64,000 bases of DNA from Dendrobates tinctorius. Lineage: Eukaryota. Positions within the stretch are counted from its first letter, which is position 1; each line of letters begins with the position of its first letter. A program made the translations under genes and the position numbers. The DNA is taken from NCBI RefSeq assembly GCF_039654945.1, contig NW_027361682.1:27714001-27778000 (forward strand), given 5' to 3'. The notes under the pieces are model-generated. The model saw only the letters and a program-made list of their open reading frames with translations. It ran no database searches and had not been told where the DNA came from. Of the stretch, positions 43,266 to 54,300 are shown piece by piece.

Positions 43266-46200
43266 GGGACCACCTCACTTTTGGAGTTTGGGGGGGTCAG
43301 TATGACAGAAAATACCCAAAAGTGACACCATTCTAAAAACTGTACTCCTCAAGGTGGTCAAAACCACATTCAAGAAGGTTACTAACCCTTCAGGCGCTTC
43401 ACGAGAACTAAAGAAATATGGAAGGAAAAGAACATTTTACTTTTTTCACAAAAAATTTTTTCGACCCAAATGTTAATTTTCACAAGGGTAACAGAGAAAA
43501 TGGACCACAAAATTTATTATGCAATTTCTCCTGAGTACTCCGATAACCCGTATGTGGGGAAAAGCCACTGTTTGGGGGCATGGCATGGCTCAGAAGGTGG
43601 GAGCACCGTTTGACTTTGACTGCAAAATTGGCTGGAATCAGTGGCAGTCACCATGTCGCGTTTGGAGACCCCTGATGTACCTAAACAGTGGAACCCCCCC
43701 AATTCTAACTCCAACCCTAACACAGCCCTACCTCTGACCCTAATCATAACTATAATCACAATGCTAACCCCAACACCCCATCCGTATCCCCAACCCTAAT
43801 GGCAAAATGGAAAAAAAAAATTTTATTTTATTATCTTTACCTAACTAAGGGGGTGATAAAGGGGTTTTGAGTGTTTTTTTTTTTATTTTGATCACTGTGA
43901 TCAAAATGAACCAATAGGAAAAATCTATTGTTGCCGGATGTCAGCCAGCAGATCTCAGCAGGAGGAAGACGCCAGAGGGTCCAGGGATACCGGGGGGGGG
44001 GGCTCAGGGGACCCCACTTCGCGCTCCTCTGGTATGCTACATCATATTAGAGAACAGACAAATAAAAGTGAAATTGGACTTTTTTTTGGGCATCGCCAGT
44101 ATTCCGTGAATGAGTGTGATCACGAGACTGGGGACGGTAAAACCGACCCGAATCATGTTCTCCGGGGTCTCAGCTACCCCTGGTAGTCGAGATCCCAGAG
44201 ATTTTCTGACACTGGGGGCCCTATAACCTTATTTCTCAGCGCCGTTAAAAAGCAGCGCTGAGGAATAAGTACCCTTAACTACCGCCGTTAAAAGGCGTAT
44301 CGGCAGTTGTAAAGGGGTTAAGAGCAGTTCATTCATTCTCAGAGGTAGCCATGGTAGTTTGATCTGATTAGGTAGATGTGTCTTATCCTTGTGATAGACT
44401 AGAACTTTAACCCCTTAGTGACGGGGCCAATTTTTTAAATTCTGACCATTGTCAGTTTATATGGTGATAACTCTGGAACGCTTCAACAAATCCCATTGAT
44501 TTTGAGATTTTTTCGTGGCACATTATAATAATAATAAATTTAATAAAAAACAAATCTGAACTGAGAAAAGTAAGTTAATGTGTATGCACAATGTAAGCGC
44601 ATATTAACACATGACCATTAACCAGAGAAAACAAAAAGCAAAAAACACAAATCCTGAACTAAAAAGTAAAAAATGTATACTGCAAATAATGCATAAAGGT
44701 AATAATAAGGGTATTTAGTAAACAAAATTTTGATCAAAATAATGTACAAGCCATCCCGCCACGTCACGGCAACCCTTGTGGGACAGTCCCTACTCTAGTA
44801 TTTAAAACCTTTTCACTTGCCAAGTGGCATGAATGTGAACAAGGGTCGAGCGGCTGAACCACTAGTAACAGTTTAGGCCAGACTGGATGGCTTTCCCAGC
44901 TCAGAAAGAGGGAGGTCACACCCATATATGCACTGAATGCACAATGAAATGAATAAAAAACAAATCTGAACTGAGAAAAGTAAGTTAATGTGTATGCACA
45001 ATGTAAGTGCATATTAACACATGACCATTAACCAGAGAAAACAAAAAGCAAAAAACACAAATATCCTGAACTAAAAGTAAAAAATGTATACTGCAAATAA
45101 TGCATAAAGGTAATAATAATAATAAGGGTATACATAATTATGTTTACTAAATACCCTTATTATTATTACCTTTATGCATTATTTGCAGTATACATTTTTT
45201 ACTTTTTAGTTCAGGATATTTGTGTTTTTTGCTATTTGTTTTCTCTGGTTAATGGTCATGTGTTATTATGCACTTACATTGTGCATACACATTAACTTAC
45301 TTTTCTCAGTTCAGATTTGTTTTTTATTCATTTCATTGTGCATTCAGTGCATATATGGGTGTGACCGCCCTCTTTCTGAGCTGGGAAAGCCATCCAGTCT
45401 GGCCTAAACTGTTACTAGTGGTTCAGCCACTCGACCCTTGTTCACATTCACGCCACTTGGCAAGTGAAAAGGTTTTAAATACTAGAGTAGGGACTGTCCC
45501 ACAAGGGTTGCCGTGACGTGGCGGGATGGCTTGTACATTATTTTGATCAAAATTATGTTTACTAAATACCCTTATTATTATTACCTTTATGCATTATTTG
45601 CAGTATACATTTTTTACTTTTTAGTTCAGGATATTTGTGTTTTTTGTTTTCTCTAATAATAAATTTAGGTTGATCTGTTTTGTTTATTTATAAAAAATAT
45701 CAGAAATTTGACACACGTAAAAAAATTGCAATTTTCAAACTCTGAATGATTATCCCTTTAATCCAGATAGTCATACCACACAAAACATTAATCAATAACA
45801 TTTCCCACATGTCGGCTTTACATCAGCACCATTTTTAAAGCGCTACTTTATTTTGTTAGCCTTTTAAGAGGTTTAAAAATGTAGCAGTAGTTTTTCATTT
45901 TTTCAAGGAAATTTACAAAATTTATTTTTTGAAGGGACCTATCAATGTTTGAAGTGACTTTTGGGGTGCTATATATTGGGAAACCCCAAACATGATACCA
46001 CTTTAAAAACAGCACCCCCTGACACATTGAAAACTGCTGTCAGGTAGTTTATTAACCCTCAAGGTGATTTTCAGGAATTACTGCAAAGTGGTATAGCTGG
46101 AATGAAAAAGTGTTTGTTTACCACCTAAATGTCGCTAACTTCTGAACTGACCGCTTTAGCCGGGAGACTCCAAGGCCGCTATTTGGCCATGAAATGCTAT

Positions 46201-49200
46201 AGGCAAACATCTGGACTACACAATCATGATCTCACGTGTCAATTAGATTAAAGTGGAAGCCCCCACAATCTATTAACCATTTATTTGATGTAGTCACTTT
46301 TGACAGCAGCAACTAAGGGGTTAAATAGACATGGACAGTGTCAACACTGATCGTTTGTGATGCAGCAAGTTGTCAGCTATAGTGTACAGCAGACAGCTGC
46401 TGGATTATCACCTGTGTGGGAATGATATTCACTTATATCTGATTTCAGTTAAAAGACGTATTGGCTGTCATTAAGGGGTTAAACACATCCTGTCACTTGC
46501 TTCAAAAATTTAGTTAAATATCTTGTAAAAATCCCAAAAGCTCACCCGATACTGCAGCTCTTTTCCATTTTGTGATGCGTCACTCCGTTGAAGAGATATT
46601 CACACTTGTTTCTTCTGGAGTGCACTATGAGAAATCTCTGCTTTGCAGTACAACTGGGCGTTTCTGCAGTCTTCTCTTTGGGCATGTACTTTCACTGTTT
46701 CTTTCAGAAGTATCCAATCACGGCTCAGCATGGCCCGAGACTGCTAGGTCAGCTGTTGAGTTGTGACTGGCAGCATCTGGGAGGGAGGGGTGAAAGCAAA
46801 CACCCCCAGAAAAGACTGAAGAATCCCACAGTTGTACTGCAAAGCAGAGATTTCCCAGTGCGCTACATAAGCAACAAATGTGAATATCTCTGCGATGGGG
46901 CAACGCAGCACAAAACGGAAAACGGCATCAAAATCAGGGGAGTTCAGGGACTTTTACAAGAAATTTAATTGCATTTTTTGAGCAAGTGACAGGTGCTCTG
47001 TTAAGGGGTTGTTCAGAATGTTACCCAAGTGGTCCTTACTGTTCCTGAAGTGCTGATATCACCTCCATCGTTTGTGTGACCGCTGCAGTCAATCACTTTC
47101 GTCACTGGTCACATTAGCATATATGGTGGACGGGATGGTATTGCTGCGGGACTATCAGAACAGCATCTCTGAAAGGGCAAACTTTTAATTAGGCGGGTCA
47201 TTTTTTAAATTATTATTTTATATTCTGTTAACTAACCAGAGGACAATTTTGAAAAAAAAAAATCCCGGACTGCCCTTTATTGTAAGTTAAAGGAAATTTT
47301 TATTATGTTTCAGAGGATAAGGACAGTTTAGTTAACCCTTTTCTTTTTACATTTATCATTTATTTTACAACCACATGATTTTTTTCCAGCTTGGGAGTGC
47401 TACTACAACAAATACATCAATGTGAAGAAGGGCGGCGCAGGAGGGCTGACCATGCTTCTCGCGGGCTACTGCGTTCTCAGCTATTCCTGGAACTTCGACC
47501 ATATAAGTATGATTACCTCCATATAATCCTGAAGTTACCTTTTATGCCTGGCTTTGTGCCCTTTTTTTTACTACCCCATTTGCTACCGTTTTGTGTATAC
47601 AGCTCCTACATAGAACTATGCATCTCCAGGTCACACATCATTTCATCTGTTCCCTGAATGTTGGTAACGTACAGTCAGGAAACAGGGGATCATGTATGAA
47701 GGATCTGACTACAAAGGGTTTTGTTTGTAGTCTGTAACCATAGAAACACATCCATAACAGCTGTATACACAACACAGTGGAAAGGAACTGTCCATTTGGG
47801 GGTTATTTTTTTTTTTTACTTGAATTCATGTATCTTGGGCTGAAAATTATGCATGAAAGTGAAATAACCCTCTAGTGTTGTACTGTCTTTTGCTGGTTGC
47901 CGAATGAGTTAACTGAGAATCAGTCAGTGAGCTTGCTTTGATGGTTTCACAGAACAGTTTGTAACGCCTTTGTGCAGAGAAACTAAAGAGCCTGTAAAAG
48001 CCAAACGGTGCAAAATATTTAATGAAATTCAATTTAAAAAATTATTTTTAGTCCCAAATACATTTTTTTCTGGTTAAAAAAAGCCACAAAAACTGACAAT
48101 CCCTTCAACAATAATTACTACAAGGGTTGTCTAGGATTAGAAAAACCCAGCAGCCCTTTTCCAAAAGCCGTGGCCACCCTATCCATGGGTTTTTGTTTGG
48201 TATCGTAGCTCAGCCCCACTAAAGTGAATGGGACCGAGATGCAAAGCCGCCATCCCAACCTGTGGCTAGGGTGGTGCTGTTATTTGGAAAAGGTGGCCAC
48301 TTTAATAACTGCGATCACCAAAAAGTGCCAGCGCGTGCGTCTGGAGACAGCCACATGTTAGCGCCATATTACGCCTGACAGTAATAATGACGCCCATCCG
48401 GAGATATTCGGGTTTTGCTCACCTGAAGCAATAGAGGGATCAGCCCCATAGGACCATGTAAGGCAAAGCCTGGGGTGATCTGGATATTAACGTTCAGACA
48501 GGATATTTGCTTTAAAAGCCACATTACCATGGAGATCACTTAATGCCCAGCACGGGCCGCTCCGGTAAATCACCTTTCATTGCGGACCATTATACCGCAC
48601 CAGCTGGAAGGAAAACATTAACTCCACGCATAGCAATGTATTCCTGGAGCCCTAAAAAGGCAATACATCTCATCCAGCACGAAAGACGGAATTAACTGGA
48701 GACTGCAGAATAAATCAGAGCGTGAGCGCTCCTTCCAGATATTTATATTCCAGGCTGCGTTAGAAAGTTCGGGGGAAAATGCATTTTTTATTTTTTTTTT
48801 TTAATTTCTCAAACTCTGCAAAATTGCTACAGCTTTAGAGCGATTTTAGAATCCGTGATTTTGCAAGAATGTCAATTTAATATATTGTGCAGCAAGTAAA
48901 CTAGTTTTTTTCATCTGTCCTGTTGCTGCTCTTCCTCTAAGGAAAGTGTCAGACTGCCATGGGTGTGGATGAGGATCGCAACGCAATGCTCGGACAGGCT
49001 GGCAGCTGCATAGAAATACATGCTGTCTCGCTCTGGTCAGGAGAGCGGCCGGCCAGTCCGAGCATTGCGTTGCGTCCTCGTCCAAGTTACAAGACCTGTC
49101 CGGCTCTTCTCCAGTGCTTTGATATCTTGTTAATACTTAAATGATACTTTCCTGTGACACCGGTATTAGAAAAGTTGTGTTTTTAATCCATTTGACCCCG

Positions 49201-50337
49201 TTGTTTCCCCTTAAGGATAATCGTCACTTGTGGTATATGGCAGCTGCTTATCCCACATTAAAAGGGGTTTGTTTTTGTTTCATGAAATCTGTCTCCTGGC
49301 TGGAGTTTGTTAAAAAATCTGATTGAACTTTACTCACCCTCCCCGGGTCCAGCACTGAATGTCTGCAGTGCTGCCATCCCATCGATACTGCAGTCAATCA
49401 ATGAGCTCAGTGGCTTTGACTGCCATCTACTCCGGCACAGCCAGTGAGCTCAGTTACAGGCTGCAGCACTGTCAACAGGACGTCCGCACCGCAGACATTA
49501 ACATACACGGAGAGCAGCGGCGGAGATGAAGTTCTGGAACTGGGTAGGGCCTTTAAAGTAAAACTGCAGCTGGGACACAGGGATTTTCTGAAAGTGGAAA
49601 GACCCTTTAATTCGGAATAAGCAACTGTCAAATACCATAGGTGAGGCTTATCAACAGGGACAAATGGATTAAAATAACAACCGTACAAAAATAAAATAAA
49701 TTATAACTATATAAATATTAGATAATAGTAATAAAATATATACACAGTTAGGTCCATATATATTTGGACAGAGACAACATTTTTCTAATTTTGGTTCTAG
49801 ACATTACCACAATGAATTTTAAGCAAAACAATTCAGATGCAGTTGAAGTTCAGACTTTCAGCTTTCATTTGAGGGTATCCACATTAAAATTGGATGAAGG
49901 GTTTAGGAGTTTCAGCTCCTTAACATGTGCCACCCTGTTTTTAAAGGGACCAAAAGTAATTGGACAGATTAAATAATTGTAAATAAAATGTTCATTTCTA
50001 GTACTTGTTTGAAAACCCTTTGTTGACAATGACTGCCTGAAGTCTTGAACTCATGGACATCAACAGACCCTGTGTTTCCTCCTTTTTGAAGCTCTGTCAG
50101 GCCTTCACTGCGGTGGTTTTCAGTTGCTGTTTGTTTGTGGGCCTTTCTGTCCGAAGTTCTGCATAAACCTGGGTCCAGGTGCTGAAGGGGGCGCAATAGC
50201 CCTTCTGTTAAATAAGAGAGCACCAGTGTCATAAGTAGCACATGGTGGAGGGGTGCCCCTGTTAAGGACCTGGAGCGTCGGCTCATACGTCTCACTTCTT
50301 TCTTTCAGAGCAAGATCGTTGGAGGAAATATCACTGA
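40824..50337 (+). CDS. C17orf80: C17orf80 / mitochondrial nucleoid-associated protein 1 homolog, 446 aa
   Basis: join(40824-41868,41963-42112,47390-47506,50309-50337) = 1341 nt. N-term [23 protein letters not shown]; C-term ATP synthase f-like ...RLGELPHW...YYNKYINVKKGG...QDRWRKYH*. Synteny with FAM104A and CPSF4L. Confidence 0.92.
41963..42112 (+). CDS. C17orf80: C17orf80 coding exon 2
   Basis: SKRLMDVRLGELPHWL; phase 1-1. Confidence 0.88.
42837..44317. mobile_element. Non-autonomous piggyBac-like element
   Basis: TTAA|CCCCTTAGTGAC...AAGGGG|TTAA. Confidence 0.75.
44411..46478. mobile_element. Second related piggyBac-like element containing the 44542-45653 insertion
   Basis: TTAA|CCCCTTAGTGAC...GTCATTAAGGGG|TTAA; 5' part homologous to the 42837 copy. 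Confidence 0.75.
44542..45653. mobile_element. Non-coding retroposon-like insertion: 410-bp unit in partial tandem plus inverted copy (Penelope/retrozyme-like)
   Basis: Unit repeats at 44542 and 44952; inversion centre ACATAATTATGT at about 45137; TSD TAATAATAAATTT at 44529-44541 and 45654-45666. Confidence 0.65.
46485..47000. mobile_element. Palindromic MITE (Kolobok-like)
   Basis: CCTGTCACTTGCT...AGCAAGTGACAGG inverted arms. Confidence 0.6.
47390..47506 (+). CDS. C17orf80: C17orf80 coding exon 3
   Basis: WECYYNKYINVKKGGAGGLTMLLAGYCVLSYSWNFDHI (predicted TM helix); 117 nt. Confidence 0.92.
49745..50157 (-). mobile_element. Truncated Tc1 fragment (different family)
   Basis: CAGTTAGGTCCATA TIR; minus strand encodes a transposase C-terminus ...LMSMSSRLQAVIVNKGFSNKY*. 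Confidence 0.75.
50309..50337 (+). CDS. C17orf80: C17orf80 last coding exon
   Basis: (K)QDRWRKYH*; ATTAAA at 50552. Confidence 0.9.
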
Positions 50338-51300
50338 TGACCTCACAGCTTTCGGAATGCCGGTACTGCACATGGTGTCACCATCAGCATGCCTGATGTC
50401 ATGGGAGACAATCAGCAAGTGCCTTGTGAATATTTGCACTGAGGTTCTCTTACATTTCATTTTTTGCGTTGTGTTAACTTATTTTTAGTTGTGGCTGTTT
50501 ATTTATAGTATTGAGTTTATATAACTGAGAACCTGTACTGACCACGCCATTATTAAAAGTGTGTACTGACTGAAACTACTGGATTCCCTATATCGAACAA
50601 TTGAGGATGACATTGTCATGAACCCATGACGGCTGGAAACCATAAACAAGTTGTAAGAGGCAGTCTCGTGAAGACCACCCCTGTCAGTCTGCACTCAGGG
50701 AGAATGCAGGACGGCGGGTGGAGAGCTGGACTACGGAGGAAGAGAGCGGGACGGCAGTTAAGTTACTATGCCCAGGGGGAAATTATAGTTTATGGCTCTT
50801 GGAAGAAAACACTTACATGCCAAGTCGCAAGCACGGCTGGCACGTGTGGTGCACCAGTCATAGTCACTAGGTACACGATACACCCTTAAGAGTGGGTTGT
50901 CCAGGATTACACAAATATGACTGATTTCTTTCAGAATCCGCATCCCTCTTACCTATGGGTTGTGTTTGGTAGATCAGATCGGCACCATTCACTTCAATGG
51001 GGCTGCGATGCAATACCAGACTCAACCCATAGTCAGGGGTGGCGCTGTTCAGAAAGAGAGCAGACATTTTTCTAATCCTGGAGTCGACTCTTCCCACCTA
51101 AGCCCAGCTAATATTGCCTGGAAATTAATCAGATACTAAAGATTACCAAAATATAATTTATTTTATTCTATAACTTAGGGGATGTCTCATGGGATAAATC
51201 ATCAGTTATGGTGCTCAAATTCCAACATGTCCATGCAAGACTGGATGAGGGAATGGTGGTCTTATCTGTGTCGTGCGGCCATTTCTCCACCGTCGGCCGT

Positions 51301-51369
51301 TCACTTCCTCAGTAGCAGGGCATAACGGTTCTTGCTGCACTTGTTGGCATAGTGGCCTCGCTCTCCACA
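51301..51369 (-). CDS. CPSF4L: CPSF4L last exon (zinc knuckle second half)
   Basis: [11 protein letters not shown]...*; minus-strand AATAAA at about 51157-51167. Confidence 0.88.
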   Translation of the reverse strand, partial: CGERGHYANKCSKNRYALLLRK

Positions 51370-54300
51370 CTGCATGGTCCAAAGCAAAAAGGGAATTAGA
51401 AACCTAGAAGAATGTGCTGCTGAACAGGGCAGGTACTTTATCCTTACTTTGAAACACGTGACTTGTTCCAGGGGTCTCAGACCCCCACAGACATTTTCCT
51501 GCATCTTTCTAAAGCGCTCGTGCATCATGGTTAAGACAGTCAGGTGTGAGAGATGCGGCAGCTCCAGAATGAGGGCTGGGGGCTTCAACGTGGGCTCAGG
51601 ATCACAGGGGAGTGAAGGGACCTGGACCCTCTGAGGTGCAGCAGCATTCTGTAAGACGAACCAGGGTCAACAAACCAAAGCCTGAAGGCACTAAAGTGAA
51701 GTATGCCCCATTTTATACTTCTTGTAGAGAGTTGGGCAAATTTTTACATGCAGTCAGTTACTTATTCTGTACTGATCGTGTTATATCCTGTATTATACTC
51801 CAGAACTGCACTCACTATTCTGCTGGTGCAGTCACTGTCTACATACATTACATTACTTATCCTGTACTGATCCGGAGTTACATCCTGTATTATACTCCAG
51901 AACTGCACTCATTATTCTGCTGGTGCAGTCACCGTGTACATACATTACATTACTGATCCTGTACTGATCCGGAGTTACATCCTCTATTATACTCCAGAGC
52001 TGCACTCACTATTCTGCTGGTGCAGTCACTGTCTACATACATTACATTACTTATCCTGTACTGATCCCGAGTTACATCCTGTATTATACTCCAGAACTGC
52101 AGTCACTATTCTGCTGGTGCAGTCACTGTCTACATACATTACATTATTTATCCTGTACTGATCCTGAGTTATATCCTGTATTATACTCCAGAGCTGCACT
52201 CACTAGTCTGCTGGTGCAGTCACTGTGTACATACATTACTTATCCTGTAATGATCTGGAGTTACATCCTGTATTATACTTCAGAGCTGCACTCACTATTC
52301 AGATGGTGCAGTCACTGTGTACATACATTACTGATCCTGAATTGCATCCTGTATTACACTCCAGAGCTGCACTCACTATTCTGCTGGTGGAGTCACTGTG
52401 TACATACATTACATTACTTATCCTGTACTGATCCTGAGTTACATCCTGTATTATGTTGAATCTATTTTTATTGAAAGATCAAGTAGACAAAGAAAACATA
52501 CAAAATTATGAAAGTTATACACCCATCTGAGCAATATTACAGTATAAACAATCATTTATAAATCCGGTACGACTGCTAAAATGAAGTCTCGTAGCTTCCC
52601 AGTGGGACGTATATTGAGCAGACACAAACACACCGCCACTGAGCAGGTAACCGGGTGGTTGTCGCTAAATCGGTTAACCTAGCCATATAGGCTACATCAA
52701 ACATTTTGCTTATATAAAATGGAACAGACTGGAGAGTAAATTTTCCTCCTATTATCTGAGTTCTTAGCAACATAGATGGGTAGGTATCTTAAAACAATAG
52801 TCATAATCATTCATAGTGCATTTCACATGTATCAGCAGGGTGTATTATAGAGAAAGAAAGGATAATATGAAAGAGAAAGGGGAAAGAACACAAGAAAAAT
52901 TAGAATGGAACATTTAAGAGTAATAGGGGAGGGGGAGGGAGACGGGCACCAAACTCCCGAACCGGCCCCTAAGAAGCCTCCTCAACCAGTTGAGACAACC
53001 CAGTGGTTTCTTTAAATAAGATCCAGGGATGCCAGATGCGAATCAAGCGGGTGTTGTCCCACTCCATCTCAGCCATCAGCTCCTCCATCCGGAAGATATC
53101 TGCAAATTCCGACACCCATTCCGCCATTGTTGGCGGTATTGCTACTCGCCAAAGGCGTGGGATTACCATACGTGCTGCAGTGACACAAAACCTGAGAAGA
53201 CTCCGTTTCTGGGCCGATATGGAGCCCGGAAGGATCGAGAGGATGGCAACTTGCGGGGAAGGGAGAACAACATCTCCAGTAATTTGATAAGCCGAGAACA
53301 CCTTCTTCCAAAAGGGTTGTATAGCGGAGCACTGCCACCATATGTGGTATAGTGTGGCTCTCTCGGTTCCACACCGCCAACAAGTGTCCGCCACCAACGG
53401 AAAAATAGACTACAATCTAACGGGGGACAAATACCATCTGGTTAGTATCTTAAAATTTTTCTCCTGTGCGCCCCCGGCCTGGGACATTTTGTGTGTGAAT
53501 AGGTAAGCTTTGTTAAGATCCTCTACCGAGAATCTACAGCCCATCTCCTCCTTCCATGCCCGAATGTAACTCGGAATCTCCTCCGAGTCCCCAATATGAA
53601 ACTCCTTATATAGGAGAGAAATCAGATGAGGAGGGTCCTGTTGCTGCAATAAATTTTCCATTCATGGGGGGAGTTGCGGCCCGCCATATGTCTCTGGACA
53701 AACGACCTCATCTGATTATATTCCATCCAGGAGAGCCCCCTATTGGGAGATTGTTCTTGTAGAGTCTCCAAAGATGGAATATCTCCTTCCACCAGTACCT
53801 GTCCCAAGCGTAAGTCAGAGCTAATGTGTCAGCCTAAAAAACGATCCCTGAGGCGACCCGGAGGAAAGTCCGGGTTGCCAAAAATTGGTGTCAACGGATT
53901 CAGGACACTAATCAATTTCTTCTTAATTTTTATACGTTTCCAGAGTCGTAATGTCTCTTGTGCCAAAAAGCCCGTGGATCCCTCAGAGCCGCCTGTAGTA
54001 TGATCATAGCATCGGATCCAAGGAAGGTGTCGCAAGGGAATGTCAAAGGATGTCTGTTCCAATTGAACCCATTGTTTAGAGCAGTGGCCATACTGCCAGT
54101 CGAGTAGGCGCGCTAGTGTGGAGGCCTTATGGTAAAGTTCTAAGTCAGGGAGGCCCGCGCCCCCTCTGGATTTCGGAGTGGTCAGACTGGTATATTTTAA
54201 ACGGGGCCTAGGAGCCTGCCAAACAAATCGGACCAATGCGGATCTGATGGTCTGGAAGAATGCCCTCGGCGGTGTAATCGGGACCGCCTGAAACAAATAC

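Noticed and set aside
44740-44900. Canonical HDV-like or twister ribozyme in the 410-bp unit
   Set aside because: Only partial resemblance by manual fitting; P1/L3 and twister conserved residues did not fit. Kept as an unclassified structured RNA candidate.
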